Of a stretch of DNA of 64,000 bases, positions 27,515 through 40,184 are shown in pieces. This DNA comes from Mobula hypostoma (Eukaryota), in assembly GCF_963921235.1 (NCBI RefSeq), contig NC_086097.1, forward strand, positions 45,944,001 to 46,008,000, given 5' to 3'. The translations under genes and the position numbers were made by a program. The notes under the pieces were generated by a model. It did not search any database. It saw nothing but the letters and a program-made list of their open reading frames with translations, and was not told the DNA's origin. Each line of letters begins with the position of its first letter. Position 1 is the stretch's first letter.

Positions 27515-28505
27515 TTTAGTGTTGCCCTATTACCTGTCCTTCGTGGAAGTCTTCTTCCAAGTAAACAGCTTTGACCATCAGGCAGTTGTCAGCACAGAAT
27601 GTCCTTCAGGTACTGTGAGAAAGGGACACTGAGGGATACAGTTCAAAGGTACAATTTAATGTCAGAGAAATGTATACAATATACATCCTAAAATGCTTTT
27701 CTTCACAACCATCTCTGAAAACAGAGGAGTGCCCCAAAGAATGAATGACAGTTAAATATTAGAACCCCAAAGTCCCTCTCCTGCACGTAAGTGGCAGTGA
27801 GTAACAAGTCCCCCCCGCCCCCACCAGCAAAAAAAAGCATTGGCACCACCACCAAGCACTCAAGCATAAGCAAAGCAACATTAAAGACACAGACTTGCAG
27901 TTACCTCAAAGACTTGGTGTTTCACCCGTTATTCGACATACCACAGGTTCTCTCTCACCCTAATAAGGTAGAAAGAGGTGTCTCCATTTTCCAAGTGTGT
28001 GGGAAAATGGGGTATTTCCCTGAGAAAATGGTCCAAACCACCTGGCAGAGCACCGCATCATCAGATCTCACTAACAAGCTCCAAGACCTTGCTTGGCGGA
28101 CAGTGAGGGGGGACCATTCCTGTACTAATGACATAGCACACTAACATATATGCTGCCTTCGGGATGGCTACAATGGGAAAGGAACTGTTACCCATCTCTG
28201 GATTTACAAAGTGGGTGTGGTGATATATCTAAGGTCTATGTGCCAATTCACCCCCTGGCAGCTGACCAACTGAGGACTTTCAGATCTAAGGCCTGTTCCC
28301 GGAGACACATACTGAAACAGACATCAAGTGCTGCTGGAAGGTCGTCATCTGGGTGAAGGGCACGCCTTGTTCTGCCCGAGACTCTTCAGTCTTCCAGCAC
28401 AGTATACCTGAATGCTACAGAATGCCACAGTCCATAGGAGTACATGCCGAGAGATCACTGAAGCTTGAGCATCCAAAGCCAAGTCTCTGTCAGGAAGGAC
28501 CACAG
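27515..28505 (+). mobile_element. L1/Tx1-like LINE ORF2 C-terminal relic, interrupted by a reverse-strand repeat (~27640-27990)
   Basis: QTTWQSTASSDLTNKLQDLAWRTVRG resembles the region preceding the C-terminal zinc knuckle of Tx1-clade ORF2. Confidence 0.55.
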
Positions 28506-28904
28506 TATAGGCTCTTTCTACTACCATGGATGGACAGAGTTTGGTGATGAGCTTAGGATGGTGATGGCAGCTAACGGCGACTCCTTTGCTTGTATCTTCA
28601 GAAACAGCTTTATTTCTGCCTTTGATATCATTTTTTTCCCCCTTCCAATGTTCTTTTGAAGACCCTGACCTGGAGTTACACGTTGACTTCAGTTCTTTGC
28701 AGAAATGGGACCTTATTTATTTGACAGCTGCTGGTGAAAAAAACACCTAAATTAAAATATTTTAAAATGTATTTAATACCCAGTTCTAATTGCATTTTCT
28801 ACTGTGATTTCATCTTCTGACACCTGAAGGCTTTTTCAGCAACTACAAAGCTCAGACCGAGGTCATTGTTTGGTAGATGCCTTTGTTGCAACTACTGAAA
28901 TAGT

Positions 28905-30010
28905 TTGACAAAATCCCACAAAACAGACTCATTAGGGAAGTTAAATTGCGTGGGATCCAGGGAAAGGCAGCAAATTGAATTCATAATTAGCTCAATGGCA
29001 GGTAAAAGAGAGTGATGGTCAAAGGTTGTTTCTTGTACTGAAGGCCTATTGCTAGTGGTGTACCACGGTGGTTAGTGCTGCGACCTTTATTCATTACTTA
29101 CAGAAACTTTTTTATGTGAATGATGTAATGCATGGTTAACAAGTTTGTGGATGATGCTAAAATGGGGAGTATTGTAAACAATGGAGCAGGTTATCAAAAG
29201 TTACAAGGGTTCTTGATCAATTAGGTAAATGGGCCACAGATTGGCAAACAGCTTTCAGTTTGGATAAGTGTGAAGTATTGCATTTTGGGAAGTCGAACCA
29301 GAGTAGAACTCGACATACAGTCAATGGTCAGACTCTGGGGGTTGTTGTGAAACAGAGTGACCTAGGAGTATGCGTACGTAGTTCACTTCAGCAATGTCAC
29401 AAGTAGAAGAGCTTCTGAAAGCAGCATTCGACATGCTGGCCTTCAGTCGAAGCATTGAGTATAGGAGTTGAGAGGTTATCTTGCAGTTACGTAAGACATT
29501 GGTGAGGCCTTTCATGGAGTTTTGTGTTCAATTTTGGTTCAATAGAGGAAAGATGTCACTAAACTGGAAAGGGTGCAGAGAAGATTTATGAGGATGCTGC
29601 CAAGACTTGAGGACCTGAGTTATAGTGAGAGGTTGGGCAGACCGGGAGTTTATTTCTTGAAATATAGGAGAAAGGGTGGTCTTACTGAGATATATAAAAT
29701 CATGGGTAGAGAATGGGTGAATGCGCATAGTTTTTTTCTCCCAGGGTAGAGGAACTAAATCTAGAGCACATAGATTTAAGCTGAAAGATTTAGAAGGGAT
29801 CTGAGGGGCAACTTTTTTACACAGATGATGGTGAGTATATGGAATGAGCTCCTAGAGAACCTGGTTGAAGCGAGTACGATGGAAAAGTAGATGGGTTTAG
29901 ATGGATATGAGCAAAATGCTGGCAAATGGAACTAGTCTGCTTGGTGCCATGGTCAGCATGGATGAATTGGGCCAAATGGCCTATTTCATTGCTGTATTAC
30001 TCTATGGTTC
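28905..30010 (+). mobile_element. Old CR1-type LINE fragment
   Basis: FDKIP, SGVP, KFVDDAKMG, CEVLHFG, LERVQRRFMRMLP remnants and CR1 tail. Confidence 0.8.
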
Positions 30011-30379
30011 TAAATCAAGAGCATGAAGGAATATTCTCCAATTGATTGGAAGCTTGTGATGAGTGCTGGGTCCATTATTGTTCATTATTTCTATTAATGA
30101 TTTGGGTCATCCCATTCGTGGTTGGTACCAGGGCTGGGGGTGTGATGCACAGCAAGTAAACCTATCATTATTTGCAGTATGATCTGGAGCAGCTGGAAAA
30201 ATAGCAGATGGAATTTAATGTTAATAAGTGTGAGGTGTTGCACTTTGGAAGGACCAACCAGGTTATGACTTGCACAGTGAACGTTAGGGCACCAAGGAGT
30301 GTGGTAGACAAATGGATCTGGGAATATTCCTTGCAAGTGATATCACAGGTAGATATGGTCATCGAGAGAAATTCTGGAT

Positions 30380-30535
30380 CACGTCTTTCCCATTCTGAAT
30401 TTTGGTCTGAACAACAACTGAACCTTATGACCATGTCTACATGCTTTTATGCGTTGATTTGCTACCACATGATTAGTCGATTAGATATTTGCATGAATGA
30501 GCAGGTGTACCTAATAAAGTGGCCATTGAATGTAT
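30380..30535. mobile_element. Tc1/mariner-like non-autonomous element end
   Basis: Ends caggtgtacctaataaagtggccattgaatgTA, a Tc1-type terminal repeat with TA; a related terminus is at 47838-47895. Confidence 0.55.
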
Positions 30536-30569
30536 TTTAAAAGTGGTTATGGAAAAGATAGGGGTGGAT

Positions 30570-32770
30570 CAATAATGAATGTCCTAAACTAAGAGAAGGC
30601 TAATATTGGGAGCACCTGCTTGCTAATAAGTCTACATATTTACTGCAATAAATGTTAAAAGGAGAAATGACTGGATTTCAAGACCAACATGTTCCTGTAA
30701 GGGTGAAAGACACGAGTTACAAGAAGAGGAAACTCCAGATATTGGGGGTTGGATAAAAAGAAAAAAAGGAAGCATATGATAGGAATAGGGAACTAATGAT
30801 GGAGAAGGTCTGTCAGGAGTACAAAAAAGTGTAAAAAAAAAGTGTAAAAAAATTACTTAAAAAGGAAATTAGGAAAACAGAGGGATAATGAAAGATCACA
30901 TTAGACAGCATTAAGGTAAATTCAAAGATGTTCTTTAAGTATTTTTAATTAAGGTCTGTCATGTGCCTTGTGGCTCATCAGACCAGTGCTTATGCCGGTT
31001 TCTGTGGCATGAAGCAACTGAGAGTACGAGACCCCCCCCCCACCCCGATAAGACACCAGTCTATTGCGAGGTTAACCCCCAGCATTTTTGCCGGTACCCA
31101 TTCTCAGCTGGTAAGACTGCTGCCCCGGCCGATGCTCGAACCCATGACCTTCAGATCACTAGTCCAACGCCCTAACCACTTGGCCACGTGCCACACGTTC
31201 TCTAAGGATATAGACTAAAGAATAACCAGGGACAAACCAGAGTGAATAGGCAATCTACACATGGACCCAGAAGGTATAGATGAGGTCCTGAATGAAAACT
31301 TCTCATAAGTATTCACAAAGGAAGCAATCTTTGTAGTTGAGAATTCAGTGAAAAGGTGGGAAAAGTTTAGAGCAGTTTTCCATAAATAAAAAAGGGTTGG
31401 TGGGTTTAAAGGTGGATACATCCTTTAGGGCGAGATGGGATTTATCACAGGGTACTACTAAAGGCAAGAGAAGAGATTGCTGAAACTCTGATTAATGTTT
31501 TCAAACCTTCACTAGCGTCAAGTGAAGTACCACTTGACCAGACAATGTGCCTTCCTTTCCAAGAAAGACAAGAGGAAAAGGTCTGGTAACTATAAACCTG
31601 TGGGCCTAATATCAGTGATAAGGAAGGTACAGGAAAATATTCTGTGGGAGAAGGATAATGATTCCTTGGAAAGAAAGTGCCTATCAAAGACAGCCAACAT
31701 GTCTGAATGACAAAGTGTATCAAAGACAGCAGGGTAGTAGATGTAATTTATCTGGATTTCAGTAAAGCCTTTGTCAAAATCCCACAAAGGAGACTGGTTC
31801 AAAAGGTTAGGGCCCTAGGAATCAATGATGTTGGCAAACTGGATCCAAAACTGGCCTGACAATAGAGAAGAGAGGATGATGGCAGATGGATGTTTTTGCA
31901 ATTGAATGCCTGTGACTAGTTCATGTGGATGCGGGAGATGACATCAGTAAGTGCACATGTGACAGGAGATTGGAAGATTTGACAATAGTGTGGAAGGTAT
32001 CTTAGCTGCGGAGAGATATCAATGTGTTGGTGAGATGGCACAAAAGTGGCAGATGTAATTCAATCCCAAAAAATGTGAGGTGATACATTTTGCGAATAAT
32101 AATGCAGCTAGGACATACACCGTGGGTCTTAGGGGGTGCTAAGGAACATAGGGTACTTGGAGTACAGGTTTATTGCAGATGACTGTACAAGTGTATAGCA
32201 TGGTTAGGATGGTATATAGGTAATTGACATACAATATTTTGGGGCATTGAATACAGAAGTAATGAGGTTATGATCCAACTTTATAAAACCTTGGTCAGAC
32301 ATACAGTGAATGCAGTTCTGGTCCCCAAGGTATAGAAAGGATGTGGTAATCCAAGAGAGGGTGCAGAGGAGATTCACTTGGGATGGAGCAACTTAGTTAT
32401 GAGGAGAGGCTGGATAGTCTACATCTATTCTTCCTGTAGTGAAGGAGGTTAAGAGGGAATGCAATTGTGGTATATAAAGTTGAAGGTCTGCAAGAAACCT
32501 TTCCCCATATTAGAGCTAGATAAATGTAGAGAACATAATGTTAGGGCAAAGAAGAGATTTAGAGGGGATATTGGGAAGACCTTTCTCTGACAGAGATTGG
32601 TAAGCAGCTGGAATGTGGTTGAAGCACGGTGTCTAACAGCATTTAAGAGGTTTCCTGATGAACACTTGTGTCTCTTCGGCATGAAGGGCTATGGAACAAA
32701 TGCTGGGCAATAGATGTGGAAGGATGAGTGAGCGAATGGGCCATATGGCCTGTTTGTATGTTGTATGACT
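30570..32770 (+). mobile_element. Old CR1-type LINE ORF2 relic, interrupted by the SINE at 30950-31197
   Basis: GNYKPVGLISVIRK, DVIYLDFSKAFVKIP, KCEVIHF, QFWSP, ERVQRRFT remnants. Confidence 0.78.
30950..31197 (-). mobile_element. tRNA-derived SINE
   Basis: Minus-strand head gtgtggcacgTGGCCAAGTGGttagggcgttggactagtgatctgaaggtcatgGGTTCGAGC (A and B boxes) followed by non-tRNA body; sits inside a CR1. Confidence 0.75.
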
Positions 32771-33924
32771 ATCATTCCAGAGTAATTTAGAGGAAGTGTC
32801 CCTGTCTGTTTTTAACCTGATGCCGAAGGATGCCGAGTCAATATTGGGGATTCCATGTTACTCCGTCATCCCTGTTGGTTACTGCTCTACCTTGATTGTC
32901 TATTATTGGTGTATCTTTAGCGATGTTTTATTGTGAAGGCAAGTGCAAAAATAATTGTTTGGAATCTTTGTCTTTAACCTATTTCACATTATTAATTTGC
33001 TGCCTCATTTTCATTCTATGCACCCGTAGAAGCTCTTCCTGTCTGTTTTTTTTTAATTCTATTTACTAGTTTAATTATTTTCCCTTGTCATCATTTGTTT
33101 AGATATTTAACTGGGTTTTTAAAAATTGCTAATTTTCTGGCCTGCCACTGATTGATAGTGCGACATTGTATGCCTTTTTCAGTTCAAAACTGCAACTGGG
33201 ATACTGGTACATTCATGTAAGGATGAGGATAGTGGAAGCTTTGAGCAAGCAGAATTTAGAGTGAGGCAGGATGTGGCTTATTGAATTTCGACGAGTCAGG
33301 ATTTATGTCGATAGAAGCATGGTTGATTGGAAAATAGAACTTAGACAAGCTAAACTTATAACAAAAGAATGTTGGGAGTGAGCTTGGGACAGAAGACTGC
33401 ATTATTGTAGAGGTGGGTGTAAATAGCAATATAGGTGTGTTAACTTAAAATTTGAAGATTATTTTAGAATTAAATAAGATTGTATATTATTGAGTTCATC
33501 TAACTGAAATGGCCAGAGGAAAGAATAAAGTCGGGAGTAAGGTTATAGCATTTTTGGGTGTCACTGTCTTATCTGCATGAGTGCTGCTTCATTAATGACT
33601 TGATATCAGACAGGCAATCCAGTAACACAGTGATGGTTGTGAAGTTAGTGAAAGTAGCAGAGAACTGGACCTCTTGTCAGCTTGTATTATAGAAGCTGAT
33701 CCTATGTGTTTCAATCACGTCAGTGCAATAACAACTGTGCGGTTGTTGGGAAAGTACAAAGATGAAACCCTTGAGTCTCTAAGTACGTAAGTGTGTGAGG
33801 GGATGGGTCTTTATTGATGATGGGACGTAACATGATCTTTGAGGATGAACTTTTTACAGGAAGTTGAAAAGAATTGAAAAAGATAATCTGGTTACCTTTG
33901 TGTAGGATTTGCCTTCAGAAAGAA

Positions 33925-34160
33925 AGATGTACAGTGTAGCGGTCAGCATCACGCCATCACAGTACCAGCGAACCAAGCTGCTGTCTGTAAGGAGTGTATA
34001 TGTTCTCTCCATGACTGCGGGGGCTCCATTCCTCTCCCACATTTAATGTAATCAACTAACCTACAGGTAAGCAGGTTAATTTATCGCATGGGCGTAATTG
34101 GATGGTGTGGGCCCGTTGAGTGTGAAATGCCTGTTACCATGTTGTATCTCCAAATCTTAA
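33925..34160 (+). mobile_element. Degenerate V-SINE/HE1-like SINE
   Basis: tRNA-like head and gctgtctgtaaggag..gttctctccatgactgcg..ctcccaca..aggttaatt shared with the copies at 39270 and 55198. Confidence 0.6.
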
Positions 34161-35792
34161 AATCTAAATGAGATGATGTTGGGTGACCAGGTTAATCATA
34201 CAGTACCTTTGCACTTTGATCTCCGGATGGCTACCCGTGCCACGTGCTAGTGAGGCCAGAAATAAGAAGATCGTACAGTTTAACCAGTGGCTAAGGAGAT
34301 GGTGCAGGAAGAAGAGCTTCAGATTTTTGGATCATTGGGCTTTCTTCCAGGTTAGGTGGGACCTGTACAGAAGGGATGGTTTGCACCTGAATTGGAAAGG
34401 GAATAATATTCTATTGGGAAATATTGCTAGTTAGTCCTGCATGGGGTGGGGGGGGGGGTTAAAACTAGAGTTGCAGGGCGATGGGAACCAGACTGCCAAA
34501 ACAGATAATGGAGTGAAAAGATGTTGTTAAGACTACATACAAAGTCACGAATTGGAAGGTTAAGCAAGGTGGGACTTATGTTTTAGCTGCATACATCTCA
34601 ATGCAAGAAATATTGTAGGAAAGGTGGATGAGTTCAGGGCATCCAGCATGTGGAATTATGCCATTGTAGCCATTTGTGAGACTTGGCTGCAGGAGGGGCA
34701 GGATCAGCAGTTGAATGTTCTGGGATTGCATTGTTTCAGATGTGATAGAGCGGGATTGATTAAAGAGGGAGAGGTGGCATTACTAGTCAGGAAAAATGTC
34801 ACGGCAGTGCTCTGTCAGGACAGACTGGAAAGCTTGTCTAGTGATGCTTTATGGGTAGAACTGAGGAATAAGAAAGGTGTGACCATGTTATTGAGATGAT
34901 ATTATAGACCACCCAACAGTCTGTGGGATTTAGAGGATCAAATTTGTAGAGAGATCATAGATTGTTTCAATAAACATAAGGTCATGATAGTAGGTGATTT
35001 TAACTTTGCACATATTGGCTGGGACTTCCATAGGGCTGGGTGGGAAAGAGTTTGTCTAATGTGTTCAGGAAAGTTTCCTTAATCAGTACGTAGAAGTCCC
35101 AACTGGAGAGAGTGTGATACTAGGTTACCTGTTAGGGAATGAGACATGACAGGTGTTTGTGTAGGGGTACTGTTTGCATCTAATGATCATAACGCTATTA
35201 GTTTTAAGGTAATTATGGAAAAGGATACATCTAGTCCTCGTGTTGAGATTCTAAATTGGAGAAAGGTTAATTTTGATGGTATCAGAAAGGATCTGGCAAG
35301 TGTGGATTGGGACAGGATGTTTTCTGGCAAAGAGTGTACTTGGTAAGTGGGAGGCCTTTAAAAGTGAAATTTTGGGAGTACAAAACTTGTATGTTCCTGT
35401 AAGAATAAAGAGCAAGGATAACAGGTTTAGGAACCTTAGTTGTTGAGTGATATTGAGGCCTTGGTTAAGTAAAAGAAGATGGTGTACAGCAGGTATTGGT
35501 AGGTTGGAACAAATGAGATACTTGAGTATAAGAAATGCAAGAGATAAAATTAAGTATGAGGTTGCTCTAGCAGACAAGGTGAAGGAGAATCTTAAAGGAT
35601 TCCACAGATGTATTAAGCGAAAGAGACAAAATTGGTCCTCTGGAAGATGAAAGTGATAATCTATGCGTGGAGTCGAAAGAGATGGGAGAATTTGCATGGA
35701 TATTTTGCATCTGTATTTACTTGGGAGATGTGAGGTAAAGCAGCAGTGAGGTCATGGATCCTATATAGGGGAGGAGTTATTTGCTGTCTTGA

Positions 35793-36590
35793 TTTCAAAA
35801 TTCAAAGTACATTTATTATCGAGGTATGTATACAGAATGCAGTTCTGAGGTTATACCATGGAACCCATTCCTAGGAAAACATCAACGACGCAATGTGTGA
35901 GAAAAGAACAAATTGCGCAAATGGCAAAAAGCAAATGATTATCAACATCAAACCAGGAGTCCAGGAACATTCTGTTTGGCTCATTTTAGTGCCACTAGCT
36001 GACTGCAGGTCGCAGAGCCCGTCTTCGCTCAAGCGCCTTAGTCCGCACCAATCTCTCCGATCAAATTGCTCAAAAACAGAAACGAGGAGTAACCAGAATC
36101 CAGAAACACAGGCACGATGAACCCCAAGGTCCCCCAAAATGAATGCACAGCCACGAGTCTCGCTGATCAATCCTTGCTGCGTGGAACCCAAGACTCCTGC
36201 ACTTTCCTCCAATGGCAGCTAACAAGAGGGATAGGAAGAACGGTGAAACACAGGCAGACAGCACTGACCACCCACCTGTCCTCCACTCACACCTTTGTCG
36301 ACTTCAACTATGTTTGATGCCTCAGTTAGAGAGCTGCAATGGAGTCCATCATGGTTCATGCCCCACCTCCAGACCGCACACTGCGCTCCTAACCTCAACC
36401 ATCTCCCTCAGAGACGGCAAAGTACTACGTCGCCCAATCAGCCCAAAAACACACCATCAAAGTTTAAATAACAGGTTCCATTTGCATGCATCTTATTGGA
36501 ATCATAATTGAACAGGGAAGTGGTTTTGCGAACTGTGTGCAGGACATTGCTGTTGGTCACGTTGTTCGCTACCGCCATCTGGTTCAGTCA
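35793..36590 (-). mobile_element. Unclassified repeat inserted into CR1 ORF2
   Basis: Interrupts the CR1 between ..tttgctgtcttga and caaattacagtggataaa..; reverse-strand tail ataataaatgtactttgaattttgaaa, with similar tails at ~27640 and ~43055. Confidence 0.55.
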
Positions 36591-37402
36591 CTTCTAGCCA
36601 AATTACAGTGGATAAAACCCCAGGGCCTGACAAGGTGTGCCCCTGGACCCTGTGGGAGGCTGGTGCAGAAATTGCCCGGGGCCTAGCAGAGATATTTAAG
36701 ACATCCTGAGCCACAGGAGGGGCGTCCGAGGATTAGAGGATAGCTAATGTTGTTCTGTAGTTTAAGAAATGTTCTTAAAAAAAAAAGCCGGGAAATTATA
36801 GGCTAGTGAGGCTGACATCAGTAATGGGAAAGTTATTGGAAGGTATTCTGAGGCACCTGAGATGTAAGTATTTGTATAGACAGGGGCTGATTAGGAATAA
36901 TCAACATGGCCTTGTGTGTGGTAGATCGTGCCTAACCAATTTTATAGAGTTTTTCAAGGATGTTACCAGGAAAGTTGATGAAGGCAAGGCAGTGGATGTT
37001 TTCTGCATGGATTTTAGCAAGGCCTTGACAAGGTCCCACATGGGAGATTGGTCAAGAAGGTTCAGTCGCTTGGCATTCAGGATGAAGTAGTAAATTGGAT
37101 TAGATATTGGCTTTGTGGGGGAAACCAGAGTGGTAGTTAGACAGTTGCCTCTCTGACTGGAGGACCTGTGACCAGTGGTGTGCCACAGGAATCGGTGCTG
37201 AGTCCATTGTTGTTTGATAACTATATCAGTGATCTGGATGATAATGAGGTAAACTGGATTAGCAAATTTGTGGATGACAACAAGACTGGGGGTGTAGTGG
37301 GCAGCAAGGAAGTCTATAAAATCTTGCGGAGTGATCTGGGCCGGCTGGAAAAATGGGCTGAAAAGTGGCAGATGAAATTTAATGCAGACAAGTTTGAGGT
37401 GT

Positions 37403-37993
37403 AAACAACAGGAATTCTGCAGATGCTGGAAATTCAAGCAACACACATCAAAGTTGCTGGTGAATGCAGCAGGCCAGGCAGCATCTGTAGGAAGAGGTGC
37501 AGTCGACGTTTCAAGCCGAGACCCTTCGTCAGGACTAACTGAAGGAAGAGTGAGTAAGGGATTTGAAAGTTGGAGGGGGAGGGGGAGATCCAAAATGATA
37601 GGAGAAGACAGGAGGGGGAGGGATGGAGCCAAGAGCTGGACAGGTGATAGACAAAAGGGGATACGAGAGGATCATGGGACAGGAGGTCCGGGAAGAAAGA
37701 CAAGTGGGGGGACCCAGAGGATGGGCAAGAGGTATATTCAGAGGGACAGAGGGAGAAAAAGGAGAGTGAGAGAAAGAATGTGTGCATAAAAATAAGTAAC
37801 AGATGGGGTACGAGGGGGAGGTGGGGCCTTAGTGGAAGTTAGAGAAGTCGATGTTCATGCCATCAGGTTGGAGGCTACCCAGACGGAATATAAGGTGTTG
37901 TTCCTCCAACCTGAGTGTGGCTTCATCTTTATGGTAGAGGAGGCCGTGGATAGACATGTCAGAATGGGAATGGGATGTGGAATTAAAATGTGT
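37403..37993 (-). mobile_element. Young 5'-truncated PLE insertion with 13-bp target-site duplication
   Basis: AAGTTTGAGGTGT at 37390-37402 and 37994-38006; minus strand encodes SHSHSDMSIHGLLY..EATLRLEEQHLIFRLGSLQPDGMNIDFSNF (C-terminal end of a PLE GIY-YIG ORF), then UTR, hammerhead and tail. Confidence 0.88.
37500..37537 (-). ncRNA. Minimal type I hammerhead ribozyme motif
   Basis: UAGUC-CUGACGA-A-GGGU-CUCG-GCUU-GAAAC-GUC-GACUG; helix I fully paired, helix II weakened to G-U pairs. Confidence 0.7.
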
Positions 37994-38199
37994 AAGTTTG
38001 AGGTGTTGCAGTTTGGGAGAACCGGCAGGTTAGGACTTGCATGGTGAGCGGTAGGGCACCAGGGAGTGTGGTAGAATAGAGGGAGAGAGAGAGATTGAAC
38101 TTCTGAGGAAGCGAAAATGCTCCTCGCCACTTAAGACGACAAATATACTTTTTTGCCTGAACCATTTGATAATAGTTTGGACAAAATTCTTCCCTTGCA

Positions 38200-38990
38200 G
38201 ACATAGGAGACTGCAGCTGCTGGAACCTGGAACTAAAACTGCAGCAGATCAGGTAGTATCTGTGGAGATGGTGGCTATTTTGAGTTGACACTCAGCATCA
38301 GGACTAAGTGTTTAGGAGGAAGACAGCCAGCATATAGAAGAGAGATGCAGGGGTAAGACAAGGGCAGTTGTTGATTGGTGGAACCAGATGAGACACAGAT
38401 GGACTCGAGTTTGGCAGCAGCGTTGAGAGAGATTTGTTTGGTGGAAACACACAAAGGGGAAAAATGGAGCGAGATGCGTGAGAGCAGGGGGAAGATGGGG
38501 GCTGTAGCTGCTAACTGGTAGATGGACCCAAACAAGGGAGGTTTGATAGGGACATGGAACCAGGTGGGAGGAGGGGTTGTGGATAGGAAGGGTGAACAGA
38601 GGGAGAAGAACCCCAGTTGGATAGATCTGTAGGTGATGGGAAGATGGGACCAGATTAGCCGTAGGGGTAATAAATCTGGGTAATGGTGGACTGGGGCAGA
38701 GTGATAGAAAAGGTGAAGAATGGGAGAGAGACCCTGGTAGACTGGTGTGAGTCGGAAAGGAACATAGGGGAATGGGTTAAAATTGGTAGATTAAATATTC
38801 ATATTATTGTATTGTAGACTACCCAATTGGAATATGGGAATTCTGGTTCATGTATAGCCTTACTGTGGCAGAGAGGACTGAGGACAGGGGAGAATGTAGG
38901 GATGGGAAGGGTGATTGAAATGACTTATAACTGGAGGCTCAGGGTTTCACTGTGGGTGGAGTGCAAGTGCTCTGCAAAATGGTCATGGAG
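38200..38990 (-). mobile_element. Older, diverged PLE 3' region
   Basis: Tail-like start (gactgcagctgctggaacctgg..), purine-rich UTR on + strand, and tgtagactacccaattggaatatg similar to the ORF end at 37865-37900. Confidence 0.55.
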
Positions 38991-39269
38991 TCAGATGGCA
39001 TGAAAATAGGCCCTACAGCTCATCTGGTCTGTACTGACCAAGATGCCCATTCAAGCTAGTCCTATCTGCCAGTGATGAATAAATGCTTCTCAAATTTTCA
39101 GCCAGATACACTGGCATTTCAATGACAAACTCTGCCATCTTTGTCGGGGTTACCTGGAGAAATCGGCAGTTTCTCTAGATTCTTTTTCTATCTGCCAGTG
39201 TTTGACCCATAATCTTCTAAACCTTTCCTCTGCGTGTACCTGTCCTGTTGTCTTTTAAAGGCTATCACT

Positions 39270-39570
39270 GGGCACCAGGTAGTGTTTAGCATGGGCTATT
39301 ACAGCTCGGGGCCTCTGGAGTTCGGGGTTCAATTGCAGCGCTGTCCCGTAAGGAGTCTCTGTACGTCCCCCCTGTGGAATGCGTGAGTTTTCTCCAGGTC
39401 CGCCAGTTTCCTCCCAACAGCCCAAAGATGTACAGGGTAGGTTAATTGGTCATTGTAAATTGCCCCGTGATTAGGTTAGGGTTAATTGGGTTTTGTCGGG
39501 ATTTGCTGGGGCGGTGCAGCTCAGAGGGATGGAATGGGCTACTCCACACTGTACCGCTAAATAAATAAAA
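39270..39570 (+). mobile_element. V-SINE/HE1-like tRNA-derived SINE
   Basis: B-box ggggttcaattgc, central tgcgtgagttttctccaggtccgccagtttcctccca..ccaaagatgtac, A-rich tail taaataaataaaa. Confidence 0.75.
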
Positions 39571-40184
39571 ATTCTACCTGCCTTAAACAGTTCCTCTGAC
39601 AGCTAATTCCAAATAGATCCCACCCTTTGTGTATGTTAAAAAAAAAAGTTGCTCCTCACATTCCTATCTAATTTTCCTCTCTTACCTTAAACCTATGCCC
39701 TCCAGTTCTTGATTTGCCAACCTTGGGGAAAAAGACTGAGTGCATTCGTTCTATCTGTGCCCCTCATGATTTTACACTCCTCTATAGATAATCCCTCAGT
39801 CTCCTATCCCGCAAGGAATAAAGTGTCAGCCTGACCAACCTCTCCCCGTTACACAGTTCCTCAAGTCCTGGTAGTATCCTTGTAAATCTTTTATGCAGTC
39901 CTTCCAGTTTAATAATATCCTTCCTATAGCAGGGCAAACAAAACTGAGCACAATACTCTAAATGCGGCCTCACTGGCACCCTGTACAACTGCAACATGAC
40001 CAAATGTTGGCTCATGAAGGCCAATGTGCCAAAAACCACCTTCACCTGTGACTCTACTTTCAGTGAACCATGTAGCTGTATTCCAATGTCTTTCTGTTCT
40101 GCAGCTCTCCCCAGGGGCTTACCATTCACTGTGGAAGTCCTACTCAGATCTAACTTTCCAAAATGCAAAACTTCATGCTTAGAA

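Larger units (their letters stand above)
34200..38085 (+). mobile_element. Long CR1 LINE relic: ORF1 esterase-like C-terminus plus ORF2 endonuclease and RT, with two nested insertions
   Basis: ORF1 LPVPRASEARN..WLRRWCR..FLDHW..YRRDGLHLNWKG; APE motifs NARNI, AICETWLQ, YYRPP, IVGDFN; RT motifs MDFSKA, SGVPQESVLSP, KFVDDNK. Confidence 0.9.

Noticed and set aside
30960..31010. GAAAC..CTGATGA-GCC-ACAA-GGC on the minus strand of the SINE as a possible hammerhead
   Set aside because: Only one hairpin between the boxes, no separate helix I with an NUH site, and no GAAA after the stem; the topology does not fit.
31125..31197. tRNA gene
   Set aside because: A and B boxes are present but the acceptor stem is poor, there is no T-run terminator, and it continues into a SINE body inside a LINE.
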